Position numbers and translations under genes: made by a program | Assembly (NCBI GenBank): GCA_030141605.1 | Contig: JAQGDQ010000401.1 | Location: 1-64,000 of the forward strand | DNA from: Tubiluchus corallicola | Lineage: Eukaryota; Animalia; Priapulida | Reading direction: 5' to 3' | Length of the DNA stretch: 64,000 bases | Shown here: one piece after another, positions 36,848 to 50,989 of the stretch | Layout: the number at the start of each line of letters is the position of its first letter | Position numbering within the stretch: position 1 is the first letter of the stretch | Notes under the pieces: generated by a model | What the model was told of the DNA's origin: nothing | Seen by the model: the letters and a program-made list of their open reading frames with translations, nothing else | Database searches by the model: none

Positions 36848-39800
36848 GTAATGGTATTCTGTTCTAGAAGCAGCAGTTTTTAGGTGATAAAAACAAAATC
36901 GATTTCTTGGACGAATTCGACCACTTGGTGTAAATAATGACAATTGGAAATGTGGTAGTGAGAAAATGTGTTCATTACGAAATAAATTTTTTAGCTATCA
37001 GTTTTCAAAGTTTTGAACATCTTTGAGAAAATTTGTAGGCAACAATAAAAGGTTTGGTTGCCATGGGATTGTATACTAGTTAGCGATGATAAGCAATCAA
37101 TTTTATAATAAGATTTGTTTTAAAGTGGCAACAGTGCACGCGTTTTCTTACTGTTCTATAAGTTTTTGCCCACCTTCACTAGTTTTTTTTTGCCTAGAAA
37201 TTTTTACTTCTGTAATCTTAACATTTTGGTTAATGTGGTAAATCAGGGGACTGGTCTCACTGTTTGTACAACAACAAGTTTTAATTGAAAGAAAGGAAGT
37301 GTCAGAAAAATTGGCAGTAACTTTAATTTTTTAGTCAAGGTGTTAAAAAATGGGTTTCAGGTCCAAGGGGACATAACTGCTTGATGACGATGATGATGAT
37401 AAATATTTTATTGAAAATAAATAAAATATTTACAGATGTACCTCTATTTGCAGGCGAGCTTAGAGACTATGACATTAGTTAGGTTCAATATTAATAGCTC
37501 ACCAATCACTCTATTTGATTTCAAGAATTTGACAAAATTTTGTGTTTTAATCGCTCAATCTTTTTACATGTTTGTAAACGTCATTTGTTATCTTTTTGAA
37601 GCAGCAGAAAATTCAGCTGTGTACATGGTCTTTGCAAAATTATACATAGCTCGAGAATTTATTTAAACTGCAGAAATTGTAGCAAAGTATTTGTATAAAC
37701 ATTACACCACAGATTATGTATAATTTTAATTTGTTGAAACCGTGTGTTTAGATTTCTATTTATGATAGAAGTTGTCAAATGACCTAATGTAATCAATATT
37801 AATTTAGTCAGTTGAGTACTTCGTCATGGTGCTGTTATTTCTCACTGAGATTAATACAATGTTGCAGAAGGTTAGTTCAGGTTAGACGTACAGTAGAATC
37901 TGTTTTATTAAATCCTCAGATAATAAATTCAGGCCATTCTAACCCCTATTTCTCGCCACTATTGTTGGAATGGAATTATATAATACTTTAACTTGGTAAA
38001 ATCTGCTGTTTATTAAATTCGTACTTCGCTTTATAAATCCACCTTGCGCACTGAAAGACACTAAAATTATAATATTAGACCACACATTATCCTGCGTTTT
38101 AACTTGAGCTAGATCAACATCTTTGTCTAAACACATATTACACCTTTGCATATTTACTTAATGACCTCAACAAAAAGGACACCGATGACGAAGATGATGA
38201 ACCAGAAATTACTGTATCAGCTAATGAAATGCGATGCACTGGAAATACTGCATTGTGGACTACAGAACAGTAACTATTCAAACATGCGATACTTCACTGA
38301 ATGCAATTAATATATTGAAACACATCTTCAAAGAAATTCCACTAGAACAGACCACATCCAGTGCGTTGCGACTTTATGCTGTACTGCTTGGTGTACAATG
38401 GTCTATTGCATACTCATTTAACATATGTAATTAGGTTAAACTAAAATGCTGAGAATCTTGCTGATAGACAGTTGTGTGCAAGAACATTAGTGACAAAAAA
38501 ATAAATGAATGCTGAATCACCTCTGATATTAACAGCTGATATGTAAAGGGTAATAGCATCGTATATAACAGTACAGTAAATCCTCGCTTAACAACTCCCA
38601 ATTTAGCGACGTTTCGCTTTAATGACGCTGATCATTTGACACCTTTTTCTCGCTTAATGACGCATGTTTCATTTTAATGATATTTTTTTTACTTTGTACA
38701 GCCATTTTTATTTTACCAACAATGTTTTTAACTAATTGGAAACATTAAAATGGCAAATACTGTGTAACCTAAACAGTGCAATTATTATAATGCTTTTGCT
38801 TCCCGACTGATTACGTACTAAATTCTAGTGGCTCTACCCGTTTGTATCGAGCAAGATCTATTTGCCGATTTATACGCCTCCACATACCCAAGTTTAAACT
38901 TTATGCTAACGATTTTGTCTGCAACCTAGCTGTTGCTATAACAACCAGGTTAGTTCTACATGAAATTGTTTTAAGGTTGCTTCATGCAGACTTATTTAAC
39001 TGCTAACTACCTATATATAGGCTTCAACGTTATGGAAAGAGAACCACTAGCAAGTCTAGCTAGATTTTATAGAAAGATAGATGATTTCAAGCAAACGGAA
39101 AGAAATTAATCAGTAGAAATAGTTGTTAAGAGTCTTGGCTTCATTAATAAACAGTTTACTATACTTCGGTTATAAATCCAGCTGCTTGATAAAGTGGATT
39201 CATTAAATGGAGTATGCTGTATTTCATAGAAGTGTGGAGATTTCATACATTAGTATGAACGCTGATCAGTAAATGCATTTATATTTGATTTTACAGGATT
39301 TCTGGACCTGCTAGTGGAACGGTCATCAAAGAAATGGCAAAGCTTGATGAGCTACCGAAGCCTAGACAAGCAGTGCTGAAGAAACTCTACAAGCCAAACA
39401 CTGATTTGCTCCTAGACAAAGGACTTGTCCTGTGGTTCCCAAGTGAGATTTAGTCAGATCTTACACGACCTTTTTTATTGCTCTTTTATAATTTTTTCCA
39501 TTGCTTATAGGTCAGGCTTGGCTGTTGATCATTCAGTTAAAGCAGGTTGAGAATGTCATGACCTGGCCCTCTCTTAGCAATAAAGTAGTGCCCTCTCTTA
39601 GTAGTGCTGTTCCGATTAATCAGTTTTATCAAAAGTCAGCCGGCCATGATGTTCGATACAGTATTAAACGGATTGTAAGTCAGTGTAAGATTTTGTGCTC
39701 TTTGCCACCCATTTCTGCCCCTTAATTGCTGTGTCGATACCAACAAATGTTGTTAATAAAGTGCTTTAATGAATGCACTATAATTTATACAAATGGAGTA

Positions 39801-42800
39801 GCTACTCAGCAAAAGAAGTTGCCAACGGTCAACGCCGAAGCAGCGTGGCTTACAGCAAAGTTCAGTATGGAATATCTGTGCGCAACGTTGCCGCTTCTTG
39901 ACATTCTTATTGACTTCCCGCATTGAGGCACAGGAGTAAAACAACAGGCAGTTAATGTTCTAATGTAATATTTTTCACTATAATATAATAAAAAACCACG
40001 ATCGTTCATTAGTTGGTCAATGATCAATCATAGAAATGAGACCGATTCCCAACACTAGAAAGTAGCCTATGTAAATTTTCTAACTGTTTAGCTCCTCTAG
40101 CCTGTTGCATGATAAACATGATAACCATATTAATGATAACTGGAACTACGCTAGCCAAAATAACTTTCCATATTTAACATGTTCAAACTTAGTGTAATCA
40201 ACACAACAAGCATTACTGTTACAAGATAACGTTGCATGACTGCTAGTTAGGAAAATAGGGACTTACTGGTACTGGCACCATATCAGTGTTTTTGCATGGT
40301 ACAGTATACACTGTCCACATAGCTCCAACAGCAGAGTGCTCCTTCAAGCGATGTCAAACACTTACAGAGTCTACAGGTTATTCCTTCTTTGTATTCCATG
40401 GGAAAATCCGATCTGATGGTGCAAGCTCATAGCTTGTGTCTCTGTACGGAAAGATCAAGGAATGTTGGTCATCTGGGGGAAAATGACAGTCACACTGTGA
40501 CTGAAGCAAAACATTTCTTTATTCGTTTCACAAACTTTAATAGATTATTTTAACAAAGCTTAAGCGTGTGTCATAGACAGGGATCAACTTTGCACCTGTT
40601 CTGTCTATCACAGGTGACCAACAGTAGTTGCCTACTTTGAACAGTTATGAATGTCGCCTGGTAGGCAGCTAGCACCATCTAGTAGTGAAAATACAAATAT
40701 GTTACAGCAGACTGTCACAAAGAACCCGTGTAGGAATGGTTGTCACAGTACTCCATTCTTTAGTGGACCCGATGGAAAGTGAAAATGCATCTTAGGTGCT
40801 TGAGATTGTATGTGTATGCCCAATGATCAGTGGGTAAAGTTTTAGTCGTGTCTGCATGCGAGTAGGACAGTAAACACACTTTTATCTTCACTTTGTCTAT
40901 ATTATGTATATTTGATTACCTGTTTGTTATATTTGTTTTCTTAATAGGTCCGAACAGTTTTACGGGAGAAGATTGCTGCGAATTCCATGTGCACGGTGGC
41001 ACCGCTGTTGTACGAGCAGTCATGGAAGCCATTGCTTCTCTATCTGATACCAAATATGCCGAAGCTGGAGAATTTACTAAAAGGTTGGGAGTTAATCTTA
41101 AATGCTATGAGCATTGCATAAACTCACCCATTGTTTTGACATTGGACAACTAAAACTACTCAAGTTAGCCAACTCTCGCAGTTTTTTGGCAAATCTTTTA
41201 GGCTGCTTAACTTTAATGTTATTGATATTGCTTGTTTAATTAGTAACTTTTGAATAGGAACAGGTTGCTACCTAAGTCATCAATCATTGTCCATTGTTGT
41301 GGAGCTTTGTTTGCATTTGATTTGGCTTTTGTTTGCTTTCATAATGGATTGCATTCGAGAGTTGGGCGGAAAGTTTCGGCTTTCAGACATAGTGAAATCT
41401 CAGTTTCATTATATTATAAAAATTAGTTAATGCAAATTTACATTGCACAGCATTCTAAAAATGCTAACAATTTTGTTGTGTAGTGATGAAATAAATTGTA
41501 ACAAGCATTTCTGATTGTACATGCAACATGCATAATGGGTAGTTTAGATGAATAATGATGACGGTGAGTAATCTTTAGTGCAAAGTTAAGTACTATTGGA
41601 TCTGGTTAATACCTGGATCTGTGACATGGTCAAACATCTATTTGCATGTTGATTTCAGGGCATTTATCAATGGAAAACTGGATTTGACTGAAGTGGAAGG
41701 ACTGGCGGATCTTATTCATGCGGAAACAGAAGCGCAGCGCAGGCAGGCACTGCGACAGTTAGATGGTGCTCTCAGCAACTTGTATTCGTCTTGGAGAAAA
41801 AAATTATTAAAGGTGATAAATTTATTAAGACTATACAAAGTATACTTTTCATTAAACCTATGGGATACAAAAAGGGGCCTCAATAGTATTTCCTTCTTTG
41901 AAATAACTATTGCCAATTTCTGGTTCACATGTCACTCTTTGGAGTTGACTCAGTTATGTTTTAATTCAATGTCAGTGAACAAACATTTCAAGCCAAGAAC
42001 TGCCACAGTTACACTGAACATTTATATTGGCTGCAAAATTACACAAAAGCAACAGCTAACTCACTATATCACTAACGATCCTATTAACACTGAAACAAGA
42101 ACTGTGGTTTTCTGTTAGGCCATTCAGGTTTTAGGTTGTCCGACTTGTAAGAATCGGGGAAAAATTTGCTGCTTGCTTTTGGTGGTATATGTTTTTGAGA
42201 GGAAACCTGACGTCTCTTGTCTTTTTTTGTAGGCTTTAGCGCATGTTGAAGCTTATATTGATTTCAGTGAAGAGGACAATATTGAGAGTGGTGTTCTCGA
42301 TAATGGTGTGTACCTAAGCAAATCATCTCTGTTTAATTAAAGGAAAGTAATGTAATTTCATTACGTACATAATTTCTTGTAACTTTTAGTTATTACTTGT
42401 TTACTTAATCATCATATAATTTATATAAGCATATTTTGTTTGTCAAACATATGAAATTAAATTGTGTTTTAGTTGCTACAGACTAAAACACTTACTCTGA
42501 ATGCTTATAGCAAACACTTTTCTTGTGTTTTTTTCATGACTTTTTAGAATTTCTTACAGATTAGATATATTGACATTCATTATAGCTAGCGTTGCTGTTC
42601 GTAACTTGCTGATGGAAGTAGAAAGCCACTTGCAGGACAGTCGACAAGGTGAGCGATTACGGAGTGGAGTTCATGTTGCGATTGTTGGACGACCCAATGT
42701 AGGAAAGAGTAGCCTAATGAATTATATTTGTAAGTATGTGATATAAATTGTTGTATTAGCATATCAGTTATGATAATATCTATTATTCATACAGTCGCTT

Positions 42801-45120
42801 AACTCAGCTTTATTGATTTGTAATGTACAATCTTTACAAGAAAACACTCCTTTCATATTAGAGAATGACTATGCTAGAAAAAGTGTGTGTTCTTCTTATA
42901 AATAGGAATAAAAATGAGTGAGTAGCAAATATTGTTCAATATTAAATGCAGACGTGTCTGTTATGTTTTAGACATGGTAGGCTTGAATCTGGCCAGGCAG
43001 GGCTTACTTAATTTTGATGGCTGTGGCAGAATAGGAGCCTCATTATCAAGGCTGATCTCTTAAGGTGAGGCACTGAATCAGCAGTGGTGTCTTAGCACAT
43101 TCACATGCGTATATAATTTCTCACCTTGAGGTAAACAGCTGGACTCGTATGATAGATGAAACTGTCTAAAAGAAGTTTTTGTATCCGTCACTTCCTGATT
43201 TGTTACTACCTCAATTAATGCCAGAATTGTCATTGTCTCAGTTAGGCTATTCATTATACTGTCATCCTTGATACCAAATGCTCTTCTTGCTTTTCTAAAA
43301 GTGTTTGCATGTCAGTCCATAAAATTAACGACGTCGATAAAATTAACTTACAGAAATGATTGTGTTCCAAATCATACATTTCCCTCCCTAGTTGGAAATC
43401 TACTGGCTCAGTAAACTCTTGTAATAACATTTTGTATTTCAACTGCATATTCATTTTGTCATTTTTACTACAGTTGATTTTAAATTATCTACATTATATA
43501 ATCATAGGTCAGCGTCCAGCCGCGATTGTTTCACCCATAGCCGGCACAACAAGAGACGTGGTGGAGTCTGCATACAACATTGATGGATACCCTGTGGTTA
43601 TCTGTGACACTGCAGGCGTGCGCAATTCCCGTAATGTCGTGGAGCAGGAAGGTGTGGCCAGAGCTAAGAGAAGGTAAGTTTGGGCTTGCAGTGTCAAAAG
43701 TCGATTTCATAAGTGATTCATTTATGTTAAGAATTAATTCAGGTGTGTCAGATTTTGATATCCTTTTGTTTTTGCTGTATCTGCTATGTTTGTCATGTCT
43801 ATAGTTGTACATTCATATTTTTAGCATTGCAAAGCTTTTTGTGTTTCTAATTTAATGTTCGAAACTTGCGGGAGTTAAATTTAGCACATATTTCTAATCC
43901 TAGAAACTCAATTTTCCTACTATTGACTGTTTGTATGCATATTAATGCTTTTTAGAGCTGAGTCGGCTGACCTGGTACTGGTTGTTATCGACGTTACAGA
44001 ACTTGAGGCATCTGCGAATCCAACAGAATACATCTTAACTCTCTTCACTGAACTTGGCCTGCGGAGTGTGGCAGACTTCGCAGAAGCGCAGACAAGCAAA
44101 CCGGGATGGCAGAGTATACATCGTCGTCCACCTGTTGCAGAAGTACACAATCAGGATACTTCCAAATTGTCAGACGACGAATTGTTGCGGGACTGCCATT
44201 TCCTTCTAGAACCTTCCCCAGAGTCTCTTCCTAGGCATGTCGTGTGTGATGTCAATTCTTCTTCCAGTGCTAATAAAAACGAAAATCTCAAGAAGCATAG
44301 AGACAGTGCGGACAACGAACGAATACCAGTTATTTTAGTGCTAAATAAGTGTGACCTTGTGCTTGATGAAGGTGCATTAAGATGGCAGGGCTTTTTGTCG
44401 GACGTGTGCCACACTTGTGTTGTGTCTTGCCTTACTGATGATGGTCTTTCAGCTTTTATGGATGTCTTTAAAGAGGAAGTGAAAATTCTGTAAGTCTGTA
44501 CCAGAAATTTCGTATTGTATGCATTCTTTTCAATTATATTGATGTTCAAGTAAGTGTTGCTGAGCATAAATGCCAGTGTTTCATTAAACATGCATATAAT
44601 CAAGAGTAAATACATTTAAGATTGTAATTGAAAAGTATTTTCTAAATAGCATGTTCTTCCTCTTATCACTACATTATAATGATTATATTTAGTTTGTTCT
44701 TAGTTTTTGTTATTTACTGACTTACAATATTTGAAATTGATCGAGTTTTTGCTAGCAACGGAAAATATTCTGAATTATTTTGCACAAGACCTTTTACCAG
44801 TGATATTCTGCTCCACCCATGTGTTAAGCTGGCAAATCAAACTCGCAAAAATTCAAGTGGATAAGTAACACATGAATATGTTTTTATTAAGGTGTGGTAA
44901 CCCACTCGTTGGGACTCCCTCGTTTACCCAGTCTCGTCATCGCCACCATCTTATGAGATGTGCTTACCATCTTCAACGGTTTTTGCGAGGACACGGAGAT
45001 CTGGTGCTCAGTGCCCAAGAACTTCGTCAAGCATCTAGACAACTTGGTAAAATAACAGGTAGGGTAACATCCGAGGAGATACTGGATGTCATCTTTAGAG
45101 ACTTCTGTGTGGGAAAGTGA
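36708..45120 (+). CDS. GTPBP3: tRNA modification GTPase GTPBP3/MnmE, mitochondrial (573 aa); join(36708..36847,39297..39442,40948..41083,41659..41812,42233..42305,42586..42729,43508..43673,43956..44489,44892..45120)
   Basis: All nine exons are GT-AG bounded and phase-compatible (1722 nt). TrmE_N motifs [18 protein letters not shown] and SFTGED..EFHVHGG; helical domain [24 protein letters not shown]; G1 [10 protein letters not shown]2 GTTRD, G3 DTAG, G4 NKCD; C-terminal FCVGK; Arg/Ser-rich N-terminal presequence. Confidence 0.96.
38574..38700 (+). mobile_element. pogo/Tigger-type MITE end in GTPBP3 intron 1
   Basis: TA|CAGTAAATCCTCGCTTAAC terminus with TCGCTT(T)AATGACG subterminal repeats; partner end not found. 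Confidence 0.5.
39297..39442 (+). CDS. GTPBP3: GTPBP3 exon 2
   Basis: [18 protein letters not shown]; TTACAG acceptor, GTGAGA donor. Confidence 0.93.
40948..41083 (+). CDS. GTPBP3: GTPBP3 exon 3
   Basis: [26 protein letters not shown]. Confidence 0.95.
41659..41812 (+). CDS. GTPBP3: GTPBP3 exon 4
   Basis: [41 protein letters not shown]. Confidence 0.95.
42233..42305 (+). CDS. GTPBP3: GTPBP3 exon 5
   Basis: [24 protein letters not shown]. Confidence 0.93.
42586..42729 (+). CDS. GTPBP3: GTPBP3 exon 6 (P-loop)
   Basis: [27 protein letters not shown]; GTAAGT donor. Confidence 0.94.
43508..43673 (+). CDS. GTPBP3: GTPBP3 exon 7
   Basis: [36 protein letters not shown]. Confidence 0.95.
43956..44489 (+). 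CDS. GTPBP3: GTPBP3 exon 8 (with long G3-G4 insertion)
   Basis: [12 protein letters not shown]....[18 protein letters not shown]; GTAAGT donor. Confidence 0.9.
44892..45120 (+). CDS. GTPBP3: GTPBP3 exon 9 (last)
   Basis: [45 protein letters not shown]. Confidence 0.95.
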
Positions 45121-47251
45121 TGCCTTGTTTGTGAAACTGATGAGGTAAGTCAGTTACTTGCACTCTACTGTTTTCTCTGGTATGAATTTTTGCAGCCAGA
45201 CCACTAGCCGGTAAACTGCGTTTGGTCTTTTTAAACATGCAGGAATTTGTCAGTGAGAAAAATAGCATGTCAGATGCATGCACAAATAGTGATACGCTTT
45301 AACAGAAGTAACTTAAATTCTATAGAAATAGAAACCGAGAAGCTCAGAGTAAACACAAATGTTTTCAAAAATCAAATTATATTCATAATGCTAGACAGAA
45401 ACAGATTTTCTGCAAAATATCAGTTTTCTAAATTTACGAACATGGCAATGTATTGCAACAAAATGCAATAACGGGCTAGTATTTGGAATTTTTACCAAAT
45501 AGTTAAGCATTGAACAAGATGGCAGTAGTTTAGAGTCATCAAAAACTCGGATCATGAATTGTTTTAGCTGAAACTTAAAGGCAGTGTAAATTGTTTTCCT
45601 AGACAGACGACAGCACTGTGCTGAATCCAGCTTAAAGAGCTTAAAATGCGCACAACTGTCGGGCGTATTTATAACCTGTACTCCACAATAATTATAAAGA
45701 TCCTGCAAAAGGTTTTCCATGCAGTAAAAGAACTTTAAACTCTGAAAAACACTTATCAACGTAAAGTAAACTTACAGCAGACTGATTTGTGAACATTGGT
45801 GTCCTTCTGCAGCACTTATAGTGTTTTATACGCCTGCACGAAGAGTGTATATAGCTGATCAAGATGAAATAGTAGTTTTGTCACATTGTTATTTGACTTA
45901 TTTCCAGTTATTCAATTACAAATTGTTTTAACGTTTGGTAAGCACAATAATTACTTATTTTTGTATGCTAACTCCAGCCGAACTAATAATGTACTTATAA
46001 AAACTACTCATTTCTTGTTTCTATAAACGAAGGGAAATACTCTTTAGGCTTACAAACAACTTCTTCACTGTTTCATTTACGTCAGATTGTGTCTATGTTT
46101 TTGCAATTCTGAAATGCTGTAAACGTGTAAACTTTTTGACAGCCACCTGTGCACGTATAAGCATAAGTATACCATATTCATTTCACAATCGTTGCCAGAT
46201 TGGTAAGATGTACTGCTTATCATGTAGCGACTAAGCCTAATATGTAAAGAAAACCCGTCCACGCAGTACAGCTGGTCACCATTGCATAATAACACTTGCA
46301 TTCAAAATGAGTGATGTTTTTTGGTGAGACATTTGGCTGGCCACGATTAATGCTTTTCTAAGAGAATAAAATTTTTTATGTATATGATGATGATATAGCA
46401 GGGGCATATAAGCCTACATGCGCAAAAACTACTTGGCACATGTATGTGTCATGCATAAAAACATTTTTTACATTTATTTGACTTGTGTTAAACCAGTCAA
46501 AGCCACAATATTGTAAAAGAGAAAGGTAACCATAATGTTTTACAAAATAAAAGTACCTTTATAAATGTAGCACAAGAAATTGTATACATTTCTTTTATGT
46601 TGATCATAAGGACTTTATTGAACATTATTTTGATAGTCTTATAAAGTTTACAATTGACATTGATTTGTTTGTAATAACTGTTTGTAAAATCGTCAAACAT
46701 TATTAGCTCAAAAGCGTAGCAAGGTTGTAGAGTAGGGAGCACACAAAAAAGGCAGTGTGTCACATACCATACTTTTTATCACAAGTTAATTAAAGAGTCA
46801 AAAATAATTGCTAAGTCAAAAAGGTGTCAATTTTGAAAAATGTTGGGGAGTATTTGATCCCCTTGCTCCCCTATTAGCAACGTTATTGGCTTAAGTATGT
46901 AAGCCTGTCATAATTTTTATGAATGTTACATAATGACAGTATTCCAAAAATTGCTTTACTACTTTACTTGTACAAGTGATAGCAGGCTCCAACAGAATGT
47001 CATTCATTTATTAATTTTAAAATGTGTCACTTGCTAAAAAGGGTAAATACTTTTGGACATGAAGCTTAATTGCACATACATATACAAAGGGAACACATTA
47101 GCAAGGATATTATGGTAAAAGCAAAATGCCAATGACACATTTCACGGCCCCATGTTGCCTTATTCATACATACAAAAATACGAATATGTTATGAATGTGC
47201 ACCACAAAAATAAAGTTATAAAATTATGTAAATGCTTTAGTATAATTAGCA

Positions 47252-48000
47252 TAGAATAGAATAGAATAGAATAGAATAGAATAGAATAGAATAGAATAGA
47301 ATAGAAATTTATTTTTTCCTTGGATGCATAAAAAAATTATACATAGGAATACGTGCTATTTCCATTATGGTCCAAGTGTTAGTAAGAGTGAAAATCACAA
47401 AAATAAAGTACACATAGACTGTAAAAATATTACAGATTACTGTTACGTTAAGCTAAGATTATGTACATTATGTACAAATCAAATGATACATGTACTAAAA
47501 ACTTAAATATACTGTAAATTAAGCACAAAAGATCACAGATGATTATGTATAAAAATGGATAAGATCAAATTTGTACAGTAAGACAAAAACAGTATGAACT
47601 TAGAGAAAAACTAAAAGTAAACTAAGATCTATAATGGTTATTTAAAGGCACTAAAAATCAAATCTGTAGTATTTTAAATGGCAATTGTAATTCTAAAAAA
47701 TCTGAAGGCTGTTATTTAATCTGATTATTTAAATTAAAAACACTATATATTTGGCTAATTTAAAAGTGTTTGTAGCAAAGCAGTTTTGAGGTGTGCTTCT
47801 GACGATTTAAACCTAAGATTAGCATTGACATTATTGTACAATAGTGCTCCAGAATATTGTAATCTTGCCTTTCCATAGTCTGTTCTTGGTTTTGATAATA
47901 AAAGTTGGCTTCCTTTCAATTGTTTTGTGTTATGTTGTGTAATTTCCTATTAAACCTTTGTTTTAATTTAGCTGGCATTGAATCACATGTTACAATCTGA
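47252..48000 (-). mobile_element. 5'-truncated CR1/L2-group LINE 3' end with (CTATT)n tail
   Basis: Minus strand HNTKQLKGSQLLLSKPRTDYGKARLQYSGALLYN (LINE ORF2 C-terminus); AATAAA immediately before the (CTATT)n array at 47252-47305. Confidence 0.7.
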
Positions 48001-49515
48001 TGTACCAAAAGAGCTTTTCTAAAATCTATACACTTCTCGATAGGAATTATCCTGGCCTGTCAATCTTTCTTCTACTTTGTTTAGTGTCACTCAGAATTAT
48101 TTTAGCCAATTTGCTCTGTAAATTACAATTTTTTTTTAAAATCATCTTTGTTGCGACTGTTGCTCCGTATTGTACAACAGTATGTGAAATTATAATACAT
48201 AACATTAATATGAGCAAGAACATCAAGACGTACACCATGCCACTATTATTACTGAATGTACAGGTTAATTATACCTACTTAGCAAATGTACTTCACTGGG
48301 TAATGGTAATGTGTTCGAATACAAGGTGTGTAGTTTGCATACTACTGTTCTAGTGTTGTTGACAGAGGATTTCCTTCAGCAACTAAAACAAAACAAAAAA
48401 ACTTTAGAATTTTACCAAAAAATCATCAGTTGTACATAAAGCAGGGAGCACATTTGCTAACACTACATTTTTACATAACCCATTGAAGGGAATATTTGCT
48501 GATTGACAATTTGATTATATACTCGATCGATAACATAAGATATTATAACTTGGAACTACAAATTAAGCATATAATTCAGACACTTTATCCAAGCGTCGAA
48601 GTGAAAGATATCTGCTATATTACTACATTACAAAAAATATTTTTGCAATTGGGCTATTTTTCAAAGCACGTAAACGAAATTTGCCAAGAACTACCATTTA
48701 AAACCTGGACAAAATACTCTGAGCATCAATACAGAGACAGTACTAAGAAGAAATTCAATTTTTGCTGATAGCACAGTTTGCTACTTTTTCCACAAAGTTG
48801 ATGACAGAATTTTTCAACAATTTTACCATGCAAAAAAACTCTCACACCTGCATGCCAGAAGAAACTCTCGTGCCAGAAAGATAGAAATTTCATAAAAATA
48901 AGTTCATACTTCTCGCAGTGAGGTGCTAAATTTAGTCACCTTTTGAATTGTACTACCAAAGCTATTGTGGAAACATTTTCGTAGCAGAAATTCTGTAAAG
49001 CATTAATCTTGAAAACTTATACTCGTGTACTCCGGTAGAGCACCATCTGTTAGCCTGTTACTACATTCAAGCCCAGAGGTGTGTCTTTTTTATTCACACC
49101 TTTGCACCTTCTTGCGGGCACAAACACTAAGAAAACGTTATTCTCTTATTTTAAAGCTATTTCAAATTAAACCTAAAAATGAATCCAAATTCATTTTTTT
49201 TGTTATGTGACAGTTAAAATTGTTTATCGAGTACAAACAAGGGAAGACTGAGTGCAAGCTCTGATTCAACAATTTCATTTGGGTAACAGTTATTCATACT
49301 GTAAGCACTGTACATTTCATTTGAATGTTAACAACCTGAAGTACCAAAGTTTGCAACCTTAATTGATTACATGAATGTAGTTAGTACATTTGTATAGAGA
49401 ATGCCGGTATATTACAATAAAGTTTAATTCATTGTTCATTCCAGTCTTCATTTCATTTGCTGTTTCTTCTTGAAATTAATTAGGTTTAAGTTCTTAAAAT
49501 GCATACCAACATTTC

Positions 49516-49985
49516 TTAATTACACCAAGTAATAAATTTTACTTTCCAATCTTCAAAAATAGTTGTTTGAAATTGACAAGATGTGCACATTTTAAAGATG
49601 TTTTTTTGATAATTGTTTATCATTGCTAGGTTCACTTCAACCTCCAAAAGATGATTTTCTTTTATAGCTCTCGTGCCCTTTCGACGTGAATATTGTATTT
49701 GCTCTAGTGTAAACTGCCCACTGGCCTTGTTCTTGAAAGGTGAAAAGAAAAGTTTTACACCAGTTAGCAGGTCGTCAGAAATGGTGAAGCCACGGTCAAC
49801 CATCACACTGTTTCTAGCATCGAAAGCATTAAGCAATGTGTCACTTTCTTGAATGATCTTCTTGTCATTGGCATGGCCGCCTCACACTTCTGACACATAC
49901 CTGATTGTTCCACTGGGACTCATGCCCACCAGCAACCCCACTGTTGAGTGGTGCTTAGAATGTGCATAGAATGAATTAATGAACT
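49516..49985 (-). mobile_element. ISL2EU/Harbinger-type DDE transposase fragment (DDE_Tnp_4-like)
   Basis: YAHSKHHSTVGLLVGMSPSGTIRYVSEV*GGHANDKKIIQES..VMVDRGFTISD..FSPFK..QFT..RAIK; internal stop and deletion. Confidence 0.8.
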
Positions 49986-50989
49986 TTACCATAGTGTTTA
50001 TAACATACATTTTGTCATTCAGATTTTGTGAAAAACAAAAAGTTATTTATTAACTGTTCCTAATGCCACCCTATTACCCCCTACTCCCCTGATCATTCCA
50101 CCATCCACATGGGTGCATCATCACCCACTTTGGGAAAGAGTGTAGATTCTCAAAAATACTACATACTTGGAGTTAGTAACACAGCAAAACAGCTTAAATT
50201 ATACTGATAAAGCTAAAATGTGCATAGGGTACCTAGAGACTCAAACTAATCCAATATTATAGTAAGTTTATTACATATATATAAGTTGTGCAAAAAATGC
50301 ATAACATTTATCAAATGAGAGACGTAAGGCAAATGGTCAGACACCCAGCTCAAAGTCTAGAAAGTGTAACCTAGGCATTTAAACTGCTAGAATAACTAAA
50401 GGCAAAATTTATTTAACGTCGATCATTGTGAGCTGATTCATTACAGTAAGAAAGTACATTCATGCTTGAATACATTGCTCCTGCTGTAGTGTTTAAACTA
50501 AAGACATGCACTGAATAAGAAGAAATTTAGATGAATGGCAAATGATGAATAGCAAATTACCCAAATACAAGTTGTTGTGAGAAAAGTAGCTCTTGCCCCA
50601 TAAGGACCCCACTTATGCGTTTAGGACAGGTACATCTCCACGCAATCCTATTGCGTTAGCCAACTTCCTTCTGTCTGGATTCCATCATAGTCCCTACAGA
50701 GGCAGTGTGACAGGTAACATGCTCCATCTTGATAAAAAAATGGCAACTGACTTTGAACAAGGCATCAGCACTTTGTTAACCAGTAATCGTTGCACGTACC
50801 ATCATGAAGCAGTGTAAGCAAAACTAGCATCATTTCCTCATGGTGAAGTACAGGATATGTATTTTGTGCACAATTTATGGATATTTGTTTATAATATTAA
50901 TGTGTGAAACCAGAGATTAGGCTGAGCAATAAAAGACAATTGTAACTCCTCTGGTAAATGAATACAATTTGATAAAAAGCAATGTTACC

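Noticed and set aside
41621-42118. ORF-track extensions of GTPBP3 exons (e.g. 165-aa ORF 41621..42118, 40893..41153, 43360..43677)
   Set aside because: Homology stops at the canonical splice sites; the extensions are intronic read-through.
49040-49110. CYYIQAQRCVFFIHT resembling the YqaJ exonuclease motif of ISL2EU partner genes
   Set aside because: The spacing is wrong and no upstream YqaJ motifs were found; it may be chance.
50600-50820. Minus-strand HVTC..GTMM..AWRCTC, reminiscent of a Merlin/ISXO2 N-terminal zinc ribbon
   Set aside because: Too short, contains stops, and no DDE core nearby.
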